Made by a program: the position numbers and the translations under genes. Below the pieces are notes generated by a model. The model saw nothing but the letters and a program-made list of their open reading frames with translations. It ran no database searches and was not told the origin of the DNA. From a virus (lineage: Duplodnaviria > Caudoviricetes), in IMG/VR virus record IMGVR_UViG_3300005764_000047, positions 1 through 34,364 of that record: 34,364 nucleotides of DNA; one strand, 5' to 3'. This document shows, in pieces, positions 1 through 8,510 of the stretch; positions within the stretch are counted from its first letter, which is position 1, and each line of letters starts with the position of its first letter.

Positions 1-117
1 GCTAAAGCGTCTCTTTGGAGATTTTTGCGGCCGCAGCCGTAAACATAATGCGGTGGGTTGCCAACTGGCGGGGTTTGCGGCGTGGTTTTGAGGTTTTTAC
101 CTAGCTACAAGGCGCAA

Positions 118-771
118 ATGGGCAAGCATCTTAAGTTAGCCAGGCCGCGGGCGGAATACGCCGCGCGGTTTGCCGTTGGGTTAACGGCGGTAGACACGTG
201 GATTAAGCGCGGCAAAGCGCACAACGATCCGCCGCCGTTAGATGAGCCGGCGGATATGGCGCGGTGGTGGCGGCGCGTAATGCGTGGGCCAGTGCCGGCG
301 CGCTTCCAAACGGTGGCCGTAAAGGAGTTTGAGCAGCGCGACTTTAGCCAGGTGCGCGGGTTGAGCATGGAACAGAACGTGGCGGCGTTGCGCGTTACGC
401 TGGCCATAAACAAAAAGCTTTTAGACGAGGCGTTGGCCACAAAAGATGAGGGCACGGTGGGGTTGCGCCAGCGCAATTACGAGCGTTGCTTTAACTTGCT
501 ACGCCTAGCGGAGCAAAGCTTAACCGAACTGCAAAAGCGGCGCGGGGAACTAATAGAGCGCGAGAAGGTGGTGGACGATCTAACGCGCATGGTGGAAAGC
601 TACAAGCTTATGCGCGAGCGCATGGCGCGCGACATATTGGTTAGCCTAGAGGGGCGCTGTAGCAAGCGCATGCGCCGGGCGTTAAATTACTTGCGCGAAC
701 ACCTGGAGGCCAGCATTGAAGAAGTGCGCCGCGGGGAGGAACTGTTTTTTGCAAATGGTTTAAAGGAGTAA
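118..771 (+). CDS. terS: Terminase small subunit (Nu1-like)
   Basis: N-terminal HTH-like segment (RAEYAARFAVGLTAVDTWIKRG) followed by a long coiled coil with a 'RRGELIERE' motif; lies upstream of the gpA-type terminase. ATG at 118 preferred over TTG at 58. Confidence 0.7.
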   Translation: MGKHLKLARPRAEYAARFAVGLTAVDTWIKRGKAHNDPPPLDEPADMARWWRRVMRGPVPARFQTVAVKEFEQRDFSQVRGLSMEQNVAALRVTLAINKKLLDEALATKDEGTVGLRQRNYERCFNLLRLAEQSLTELQKRRGELIEREKVVDDLTRMVESYKLMRERMARDILVSLEGRCSKRMRRALNYLREHLEASIEEVRRGEELFFANGLKE

Positions 772-780
772 AAAAAGGCC

Positions 781-954
781 ATGCCAATACCAACACCAAA
801 CAAAGGTGAGCCGCAGCGGTATTTTATTGCCCGTTGCATGGGCAACGCGGTGATGAAAAAAGATTACGCCGACAACAAGCAACGCCTGGCGGTATGTTAC
901 GGCAATTGGCGCAAAGCGCGCGGTGGCAAACCGCCGCCGCCGGCCAAAACGTGA
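781..954 (+). CDS. Small phage head-module protein (57 aa, MPIPTPNKGE...FIARCM...QRLAVCYGNW)
   Basis: Translated by hand (below the ORF-track cutoff). ATG at 781; TGA 952-954 overlaps the terminase GTG start (GTGA). Resembles small proteins recurrent in phage head modules. Confidence 0.75.
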   Translation: MPIPTPNKGEPQRYFIARCMGNAVMKKDYADNKQRLAVCYGNWRKARGGKPPPPAKT

Positions 955-2876
955 GTGCCGCGGCAGCCGAGCCCAGCAAGTGGCACGTGCTGGACAAGGT
1001 ATTTGCGGAGGTGTTTACACCCAGCCCCGACGTGCCATTGCCTATTTGGGCCAGTAAAAACGTTTTTTTAGACCGGCGCATGACCACGCGCCCTGGGTAT
1101 TACAACCCCGGCGAATACCCTTGGACGTGGGAATTGCAGGAGGTTATGCGGTTGCGGCGGTTATGGGAAGCGGAGGCGCCGGATGGGGCCACGGTAATAG
1201 TTGCCCCCAACACGGCTGGGGCGCGCGTAATGCGGGTGCACCAGGTGGATGTAATGAAGGGCACACAAACGGGGTGCACCGAGAGTGCGCTAAATGCGGT
1301 TAGGTTTATGGCGCGTTACGACCCGCAAAACATAATCTTTGCCATCGATAACGCGCGCCAGGCGGGCGAAGTTAACGTCATTAGGTTGCAACCCACGTTG
1401 CGCGACCTGGGGGCGCGCATATTTACCGATAACATAGATGATGCCAGCCAATTTATTTTAAAGTTGCGGCGCATGATAGTTTACTTTTTGGGCAGCTACA
1501 GTGAGGCCAATTTCACACAAAAAATGTGCGAGGTGGGCATAGCCGACGAGCTGGAGGAGCACGGCAGCAAAACGACCATTGCCGACTTGCATAGCCGCAT
1601 GAAGTCCAGCGAGCGGCGCCTATTGGTGGCCATGAGCAAGCCCAAATACGCCGGCGGCCCCATAGCGCGCGAGCACGCCAACGGCAGCCAACACGTGGCC
1701 GAAATAGCGTGCCCCCAGTGCGGCGGCTTCCAACAACTTGAGCAGGACAATATGCGTTTTAACCATTGCAAAAACGCGCTGGGCCGCTGGGATTTCCAAC
1801 GGGTGTTACGGGAAACTTACTTTGAATGCGTGCACTGCCAAAAACCCATAACCGAAGACAGTAAACGGTGGTTTAACCAACGGGAACGCCGGCGGTGGCG
1901 CCGCACAAATTTTGAGGGGGCCGAGCCCAACCACGTAAGCTTTCACCTTAGCGACTTCCTTAGCTACGACGACAGCGTGGCGTGGGGCCGGTTGGCCATT
2001 GAATACATAAATAGCAAGGGCGACCGCGAAAAGCGCCGCACATACCGCAACCACCACGAGGGGTTGCCGTATGAAGAGCGCGCCGTGCGCACCGAAACCA
2101 ACGACCTTTTGCTGTTGCGCGGCGATTACCCGCGCGGAGTGTTGCCGTGGTTGCCCAGGGCATTGGTGCTGGGGGCCGATGTGGGGCTTAATTACGTTAA
2201 GTGGGCCGTTTTGGCCTTGCGGATAACGAGTGAATATCCCAGTGAAGCGGCGGTTGTAGATTTTGGTAACGAGTTGGCCCCAGCGGACTTATTGCGCGTC
2301 ATGGGAGGGAGGGAATATCTTTGCGCCGAAGACAACCAACGCTACGGCATCACAATTGGGGGCGTGGACGAAAAATACCGCAAACTGGAGGTGCAGCAAG
2401 TGTGCATGCAAAGTGCGCGGCGGTTGTGGCCCACCGCGGGGTTGCCCAGTGATCTTAGCATTCGCAGCCTTAACTTTTCGCACATCCCGCAGGCACCGCC
2501 CTGGTTTGGCATAATTACTTACAATGATCGCGATGCCAAGCACGACCTTTATACCGACCGCATAGGGTCGTGGGCCGGCTGGATTAAGGCCGGGCGCCCA
2601 GTGGAGCGGCCGCCGGTGGGTAGCCCCTTGCATTTCCCGCGCGACTTAAGCGATGCGGCGGCCAGCCCCACGCGCGAATTCCTTTACGAACACACCAAAG
2701 AAAACCTGGTGGAAATGCCGGGCTTGCCCAGTGCGCGGCAGTTTATGTGGAAGCGCAGCGGCCCCAACCATTACGCCGACGCGGTAAAAGTGGCTTTGGT
2801 GGTTTGGCGCTTTTTTACCGTGCCCCACGATGTGCGCCCGGCGTTGCCGGCGGAATTGACACCGGGCGCAAAATAA
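951..2876 (+). CDS. terL: Terminase large subunit, lambda gpA family
   Basis: Deviant Walker A MKGTQTGCTE, Walker B IADELEE, CPQCG and CVHC zinc motifs, nuclease motifs GADVG and NHYADA. GTG at 951 is coupled to the upstream ORF. Confidence 0.93.
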   Translation: MSAAAAEPSKWHVLDKVFAEVFTPSPDVPLPIWASKNVFLDRRMTTRPGYYNPGEYPWTWELQEVMRLRRLWEAEAPDGATVIVAPNTAGARVMRVHQVDVMKGTQTGCTESALNAVRFMARYDPQNIIFAIDNARQAGEVNVIRLQPTLRDLGARIFTDNIDDASQFILKLRRMIVYFLGSYSEANFTQKMCEVGIADELEEHGSKTTIADLHSRMKSSERRLLVAMSKPKYAGGPIAREHANGSQHVAEIACPQCGGFQQLEQDNMRFNHCKNALGRWDFQRVLRETYFECVHCQKPITEDSKRWFNQRERRRWRRTNFEGAEPNHVSFHLSDFLSYDDSVAWGRLAIEYINSKGDREKRRTYRNHHEGLPYEERAVRTETNDLLLLRGDYPRGVLPWLPRALVLGADVGLNYVKWAVLALRITSEYPSEAAVVDFGNELAPADLLRVMGGREYLCAEDNQRYGITIGGVDEKYRKLEVQQVCMQSARRLWPTAGLPSDLSIRSLNFSHIPQAPPWFGIITYNDRDAKHDLYTDRIGSWAGWIKAGRPVERPPVGSPLHFPRDLSDAAASPTREFLYEHTKENLVEMPGLPSARQFMWKRSGPNHYADAVKVALVVWRFFTVPHDVRPALPAELTPGAK

Positions 2877-2879
2877 CAC

Positions 2880-3191
2880 ATGGCACAGATGGCAACATAC
2901 GCCGAGCAACGCTCCTCGGCGGCGCGTTACCTGGCTTACACTTACCCCGGCGATGTGGACGCCATAACGGCGATTAAAGACGCGGCATGGGCCGATGCGC
3001 AAGCGGGCAAAACGGTGGTTAGCACCAGTTACGAGGGCGCGAGCACCAGCAGCATTTTAACGGGCTACGACCCCGTGGCAATTGTGGATGCGTGCCTGGA
3101 TGTGCTGGCGGCCATGGGCGCCGCGGGCGCCACAACCTCAACCTCGCGCTCTATTTTTACACGGTTTGGCAGCCAAGTTGTGCAAAGTTAA
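2880..3191 (+). CDS. Head-tail adaptor, gpW-like by position
   Basis: 103 aa between terL and portal as in lambda; contains 'GKTVVSTSYEGASTS'. Confidence 0.55.
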   Translation: MAQMATYAEQRSSAARYLAYTYPGDVDAITAIKDAAWADAQAGKTVVSTSYEGASTSSILTGYDPVAIVDACLDVLAAMGAAGATTSTSRSIFTRFGSQVVQS

Positions 3192-3199
3192 AAACGGCT

Positions 3200-4852
3200 A
3201 TGGACGAGGCCCTACCCATTCAAGTGCGTGCGCGCCCTGGCGCCCGCCGCAGGCAACCGCCGCGCACCCCCAGCGCCATAGGGGTTGCCGGCGCTGTAGC
3301 GGCCAACGTGGGCGCGCCGCGGGGCCAACCTGGGGGCAATGGCGACTACGCGATGAGCCTAAAAGCGTGGAGCGCTTACGAGGGGGCTAACTGGAGCCAA
3401 AACCGCGGTTGGATTTACTTCCCAACGCTTTACAGCAAAAGCGACCTTGACCAATACACATTAACCGAGCTGCGGCGCAAAAGCCGGTGGCTTTACGTTA
3501 ACGTGGGCCTTGCCACCAGGGTAATTGATGGCATAGCGAAAATGGTTGGCAGCCTTACGCCCGTGCCGCAAACCGACGACAAGGAATGGAACGAGCTGGC
3601 GCTGCAAAGCTTTACCAACAATGCGGGGGCGGAAATTGTTTTTGACCAAGGCGGCAAGTTTAACTTTTGGAGTTGCCAGCCAATGCTTACCGCACTGCGG
3701 CTTTTAGATGGCGATGCCCTGGTGGTGCTCACGGCAACGCAAAGTGGTATTGCCAGCGTAATGTTTTACGAGGCGCACCAAATAGGCAACGCCAACAACG
3801 TTTTCCCCGACCAAGACCAGTGGAACGTGGGCGTAATGGCCAACGCGCAAAACCGCCCCTTACAATACCGTTTGCTAACTGACAACGGCAACAAGAGCGT
3901 AGACATAAGCGCTTCGGATGCCATTTTGCATTGCCTTTTTAGGCGCCCATGCCGGCAGCGAGGCGAGCCTGCAATGCGCCACGCCATTAACCACTTGCTG
4001 GACCGCACTGAGATTTTGGGCTTCCTAAAAACCAGCATGAAAAACGCGGCCACCATTGGTTACCAAATAACGCGCTCACCGCAGTTTAGCGGCCCGGTGC
4101 AATTGCCGGCGCTTAACCAAGGGCCAATTGACTTTACCGTGCCGTCCAGCGGCGCCGTAATTAAGGTGGAAGATGCCTTTAGCGGCACCAAAACGCCCGT
4201 AATGAACCCTGGGGAGGAAATTAAAATGCTAATGGACGAGCGGCCGCACCCCAACCAAATAGAGGGGATGGATTACCTGGTGCGCGACATTGCGTGGGGC
4301 TTCGACATATCGCCCGATCTGCTTTGGAACATAGCCAAGGTGGGCGGCGCTGACACGCGCTACCTATTGGCCGATGCGCAAAAAACCATTGAAGGCATGC
4401 AAATGCTTTTGGCCGACCAATTTTGCAGCCGGTTTTGGGTGTATTTTATTGCCAAGGAACTTAAAGCCGGCCGGCTGCGGCAACCCAGCGATGCGCAATG
4501 GTGGAAGCACGGGTGGCAACCCGAGCAAAAGCTTACGGTAGACATAGGGCGCGATGGCAAGCTTTACCTGGACATGCACAAGGCGGGCCTTATTAGCCTT
4601 AAGCGTTATTTTAGCAGTGCTTACGGGGCAAGCTGGGAGCCCGAGATGCGCGATTACCTAGACGAACGCAAATGGATAATTGATGAGGTAGAGGCGCGCA
4701 ACCTAACTTACGAGCAGGCGTTCCCGCCGGCGCCGGGCGTGCAAAACATAACACAACGCGAGCAAGCCGCGGAAACCGCCACCGGGGCAGAGGTGCCGGT
4801 TGCGCCCGGTAAACGCGGCGGGGGCGCAAAAGGAGGCGGCGCGGCCCCATGA
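3200..4852 (+). CDS. Portal protein, lambda family
   Basis: AYEGA, 'LRRKSRWLYVNVGLA', 'LLDGDALV', 'QRGEPAM' and 'VDIGRD' motifs typical of lambda-type portals; ATG at 3200 follows the upstream stop. Confidence 0.9.
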   Translation: MDEALPIQVRARPGARRRQPPRTPSAIGVAGAVAANVGAPRGQPGGNGDYAMSLKAWSAYEGANWSQNRGWIYFPTLYSKSDLDQYTLTELRRKSRWLYVNVGLATRVIDGIAKMVGSLTPVPQTDDKEWNELALQSFTNNAGAEIVFDQGGKFNFWSCQPMLTALRLLDGDALVVLTATQSGIASVMFYEAHQIGNANNVFPDQDQWNVGVMANAQNRPLQYRLLTDNGNKSVDISASDAILHCLFRRPCRQRGEPAMRHAINHLLDRTEILGFLKTSMKNAATIGYQITRSPQFSGPVQLPALNQGPIDFTVPSSGAVIKVEDAFSGTKTPVMNPGEEIKMLMDERPHPNQIEGMDYLVRDIAWGFDISPDLLWNIAKVGGADTRYLLADAQKTIEGMQMLLADQFCSRFWVYFIAKELKAGRLRQPSDAQWWKHGWQPEQKLTVDIGRDGKLYLDMHKAGLISLKRYFSSAYGASWEPEMRDYLDERKWIIDEVEARNLTYEQAFPPAPGVQNITQREQAAETATGAEVPVAPGKRGGGAKGGGAAP

Positions 4853-5226
4853 TTATAGCAACCGACTTTGACGGGGTTAACTTTTACGGGGGCGACACCT
4901 TCGACTTTACCCTTAATTGGAAGGACGCCAACGGGACGCCATTTAACCTTACGGGGTGGCACGCCCGGCTGCGCTTTTACACCGCCAAAACCGCCGACCG
5001 CACTGTGCCGCTTATTGAAATTACGGATTTAACGGGCCTAACCTTTGGCAACATCACGCTGGGCACCACCAGCCCCAACATTAAGTGCACCATCCCCGAC
5101 GAACAAACCGGCTCTTACGACGCCGGGCCGCCGGGCTATTACATTTTGGAGTTGGAAGATACCGCGGGCGCCTGGCAACGCCTGATGGAGGGCAAAGTGG
5201 TTTACCGCAAAAAGAGTAAGGCATGA
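4849..5226 (+). CDS. Virion structural protein, BppU-N-like fibre attachment domain
   Basis: 'GDTFDFTLNWKDANGTPFNLTGWHARL...YYILELED...RLMEGKV' pattern; ATGA overlap with the portal stop. Confidence 0.6.
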   Translation: MIIATDFDGVNFYGGDTFDFTLNWKDANGTPFNLTGWHARLRFYTAKTADRTVPLIEITDLTGLTFGNITLGTTSPNIKCTIPDEQTGSYDAGPPGYYILELEDTAGAWQRLMEGKVVYRKKSKA

Positions 5227-5699
5227 TCGAGGTGCTAGAAAACCAAACCACGGTGGTGCCGCTGGATACGCCCAACACCATTGACCTGGGTGGCGCCACA
5301 AGCGTGGACGTTATTACCGCGCCCGTTACCACGTTGCAAGCTGCCGAAACCCTAGCGCCCGTTGACGTGTTAAGCACAACAAGCACGTTGGATTTAAGTG
5401 CGGTGCAAGTTACGCCCCTAGAGGTCGTTTCGCCTGGGCCGCAAGGGCCAAAAGGCGATACCGGGGCGCCTGGCACCGGCAGCGCCATTTACAACGAAAC
5501 GCCCACGGGCGCCATTAACGGGGTTAACACCACCTTTACCGCGGTTAACAACTTCCGCGGTGAAACCCTGGCGGTTTACTTAAATGGGCTGCGCCAACGG
5601 CCCACCGACGATTTTATTGTTGTGGGCGCCAACACTTTCCAAACCACCCTGGCACCTTTAGCCAATGATCGGCTTTCGATAGATTACTACCTGCTATAA
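5223..5699 (+). CDS. Short collagen-containing fibre/decoration protein
   Basis: GPQGPKGDTGAPG collagen triplets, then a C-terminal 'NETPTGAINGVNTTFT...VYLNGLRQ' beta domain. Confidence 0.7.
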   Translation: MIEVLENQTTVVPLDTPNTIDLGGATSVDVITAPVTTLQAAETLAPVDVLSTTSTLDLSAVQVTPLEVVSPGPQGPKGDTGAPGTGSAIYNETPTGAINGVNTTFTAVNNFRGETLAVYLNGLRQRPTDDFIVVGANTFQTTLAPLANDRLSIDYYLL

Positions 5700-5702
5700 C
5701 TT

Positions 5703-7343
5703 ATGGCCACCACACAAATACGCGGCAACACACAGATAATGGCCGGCACCATTGTCGATGCCCAAATATCGGCAACGGCGGCCATTGTAACAAGCAAGCT
5801 GGCCGATAGTGCCAATTTTATTTTACGCACTGGCGTAACGGCCTTCACGGCCAACCAATCGATGGGCAGCAACAAGCTAACCAATGTGCTTGACCCCACC
5901 GCGGCGCAGGATGCGGCCACCAAAAACTACGTGGACAACGTGGCCCAGGGCCTTTCGCCCAAAGCCTCAGTGCGCGTGGTAGCCACCACCAACGTTACGC
6001 AAAGCGGCACCCAAACAATTGACGGCGTGGCATTATCCGCCGGCGACCCGGTTTTGTGTATAGGGCAAACCACCGGCAGCCAAAACGGGTCGTGGGTTGT
6101 GGCCAGTGGCGCGTGGACGCGCACAGTGGATTTTGCTGACCCGCAAGATGCCGTGCGCAGCCCTTATTGGTTCGTTGGCGAGGGCACGGCCAACGCCGGC
6201 AGCGGGTGGGTAATGACCACGTGGCCATACACCATTGGCACCACCGCGCTGTCGTTTACCCAGTTTACGGGCGCGGGCGAAATTATAGCGGGCAACGGCT
6301 TAAGCAAATCGGGCAACACCCTTTCCATCGACACCAACATAACGGTGGATAAAAACACCACGCAAACCCTTACCAACAAAAGCATCGTTGCCACACAGTT
6401 AACGGGCACTTTGCAAGCCGCGCAATTCCCCGCTTTAACCGGCGATGTTACCACGGTGGCCGGCGCCCTGGCCACCACCATTGCCAATAGCGCCGTCACG
6501 CTGGCAAAGATGGCGAACCTGGCGGCCAATAGCGTTATTGGCAACGCCACCGGCAGCGCCGCGGTGCCCACCGCAGTTGGGATGGTTAGCGCCGCCACCG
6601 CGAGCACCGTGCCTTACCGCGATGCCAACGCCAATTTCCAAGTAAACAACGTCATCGAAAACATGCGCACCACGGCAACTGCCGCGGGCACCACTACGCT
6701 TACAATTTCCGATGCAGCGTTTCAGCAATTTACCGGCTCGTCAACGCAAACCGTGGTTATGCCTAACGCCACCACCCTGGTAAATGGCCACTCTTTTATT
6801 ATTGCCAACCGCTCGAGCGGCGCGGTTACGGTAAACATGAACGGCGGCTCGCTTTTGCAAACCATGGCCGCTGGCACTTTTGCAGAATACACGCTAATAA
6901 GCAACGGCACCGCGGCGGGCACCTGGGATGTGGCTTACACAACGCCGGGCGGCGGCTCCGTCACAACGGTCTCGGTGGTTACGGCCAACGGTTTTGCCGG
7001 CAGCGTTGCTAATGCCAGCACCACGCCGGCCATTACCCTTACCACAACCATTACCGGCGTGCTTAAAGGCAATGGCACCGCCATTTCGGCAGCCACCGCT
7101 AGCACCGATTACATGGCGCCGTCCAGCTTTATTGTGCGCGAAACGCCCAGCGGATCGGTTAACAGCGCCAACACCACTTTTACCCTAGCCAATACGCCCT
7201 TGGCCGGCACCGAGCAGGTATTCCTTAACGGCTTATTGCAAGAACCAGGAGCCGGCAATGATTATACAATTTCGGGCGGCACCATCACCTACCTTACGGC
7301 CCCCACCACGGGCGATCGGTTGCGGGTAAGCTATTACAAATGA
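5703..7343 (+). CDS. Thr/Ala/Gly-rich fibre protein
   Basis: 'DPTAAQDAATKNYVD' stalk motif, 'SVRVVATTNVTQSGTQTIDGVAL' module, 'LTGDVT' segment and a C-terminal domain shared with 5223..5699. Confidence 0.8.
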   Translation: MATTQIRGNTQIMAGTIVDAQISATAAIVTSKLADSANFILRTGVTAFTANQSMGSNKLTNVLDPTAAQDAATKNYVDNVAQGLSPKASVRVVATTNVTQSGTQTIDGVALSAGDPVLCIGQTTGSQNGSWVVASGAWTRTVDFADPQDAVRSPYWFVGEGTANAGSGWVMTTWPYTIGTTALSFTQFTGAGEIIAGNGLSKSGNTLSIDTNITVDKNTTQTLTNKSIVATQLTGTLQAAQFPALTGDVTTVAGALATTIANSAVTLAKMANLAANSVIGNATGSAAVPTAVGMVSAATASTVPYRDANANFQVNNVIENMRTTATAAGTTTLTISDAAFQQFTGSSTQTVVMPNATTLVNGHSFIIANRSSGAVTVNMNGGSLLQTMAAGTFAEYTLISNGTAAGTWDVAYTTPGGGSVTTVSVVTANGFAGSVANASTTPAITLTTTITGVLKGNGTAISAATASTDYMAPSSFIVRETPSGSVNSANTTFTLANTPLAGTEQVFLNGLLQEPGAGNDYTISGGTITYLTAPTTGDRLRVSYYK

Positions 7344-7347
7344 TGCC

Positions 7348-7554
7348 ATGGCGGAAATCCACATAACTTACGACGAAGCCACGGGCAACGTGAACGTTAA
7401 CGGCCCGGTGCACAATAAAGGGCTTTGTTACCTTATGCTCGAGTGTGCGCGCGATGCGGTAAAAGACCACGTGGATAACGTAGCTAAAATCACGGTGCCG
7501 GCTAACGGCGGCCCCCTGGCCTTCTTACCGCGCCGCGGCAAACCCAGGCGTTGA
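7348..7554 (+). CDS. Hypothetical protein (68 aa)
   Basis: Fills the gap between fibre genes on the coding strand. Confidence 0.6.
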   Translation: MAEIHITYDEATGNVNVNGPVHNKGLCYLMLECARDAVKDHVDNVAKITVPANGGPLAFLPRRGKPRR

Positions 7555-7563
7555 CACACACAC

Positions 7564-7830
7564 ATGGCAGCCACAAACGTAAGGGGCGGGCAAATTGGCG
7601 ACGGCACGGTGCAGCGCGTTGATTTGGATGTGGCCACCATCGGGCAGGCCGTAATCCGCAAAATAGTGCAGGGCACTAATATAACCATCTCGAGCACCGG
7701 CGCTGATTCCGGCACTGGCGATGTTACCATCAACGCCGCGGGCGGCAGCGCAACCGATTACGTGATTGGCGGCTACGTGAAGGGCGAGGTGCTTACTGAT
7801 GCAACTGGCAACGCAATAACAAGCTCATGA
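7564..7830 (+). CDS. Small fibre-associated protein
   Basis: N-terminus MAATNVRGGQIGDGTV resembles that of 5703..7343; contains a 'GTNITIS...GTGDVTINA' fibre motif. Confidence 0.7.
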   Translation: MAATNVRGGQIGDGTVQRVDLDVATIGQAVIRKIVQGTNITISSTGADSGTGDVTINAAGGSATDYVIGGYVKGEVLTDATGNAITSS

Positions 7831-8510
7831 GCAGACACCAGGATCAAACCGCAAACCATATCATCGAAAGTTTCGTTTACGCCAATTCTACCGCTAGAAT
7901 GGCCGCGACGGGCTTTGTTTCTGGTGATGTAGGCCGGCTGGCTTTCCAAACAGACCAAAACGCCTACTACCGGCTCACAGCCACCACTCCAACTTGGTTG
8001 TTGGAGGCTTCAATCGAAAATGCCGACACCGCAGCCCAGGGCTCAGTTACAGCAGGCACCAGGACTTACCTTGCCGGCTCTTCTATCCAATGCGGGCAAC
8101 TTTTAGTGGGCAGCAGGTTTAGGTGGGTGGTAAGCATAACCAAAACCGCGGCAGGCGTAGCCAATACCAACATCGATATTGCCGTCGGCACGGCTGGCAC
8201 CACCGCTGACACGGCAAGGGTCACTTTTACTGGGGCAACCGAAACCGCCATTGCGGACACCGCCACAATTGTTATTGATGCCACGGTGCGGGTAGTTTCG
8301 GCCAGCGGCATAATCGCAGGCGCTTACCAGGTCAATAACACGGCCACCGCTGGCGCGGCAGCGGGTTACAAGGCAAATGCGGCTTACGTCGTCTCTGCCG
8401 CTTTTGCCAATAACACCAACAACCTTTTCATCGGCCTTTGCATTACCGCAGGCACCGCGGACGTGACTACGGTGAATTTCGTTAACGCAATGGGGTGGAA
8501 CATCGGATAA
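7827..8510 (+). CDS. Fibre/receptor-binding-like protein
   Basis: Thr/Ala-rich, beta-rich C-terminus; N-terminal module shared with the next gene; ATGA overlap. Confidence 0.7.
   Translation: MSRHQDQTANHIIESFVYANSTARMAATGFVSGDVGRLAFQTDQNAYYRLTATTPTWLLEASIENADTAAQGSVTAGTRTYLAGSSIQCGQLLVGSRFRWVVSITKTAAGVANTNIDIAVGTAGTTADTARVTFTGATETAIADTATIVIDATVRVVSASGIIAGAYQVNNTATAGAAAGYKANAAYVVSAAFANNTNNLFIGLCITAGTADVTTVNFVNAMGWNIG

Noticed and set aside
1-117. cos site upstream of terS (palindrome TGCGGCCGCA at 26-35)
   Set aside because: Plausible by position for a gpA-type phage, but no recognisable cosN or R-box pattern is visible and the context is cut off by the window edge.
834-950. N-terminal extension of terL from TTG 834
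   Set aside because: It overlaps the 781..954 gene, and GTGA coupling supports the start at 951.
7551-7564. TTGACA followed by a (CA)n run before the 7564 gene
   Set aside because: The TGA is the upstream stop and the spacing is only 7 nt, so it was not counted as a motif copy; the repeat is too short to call.
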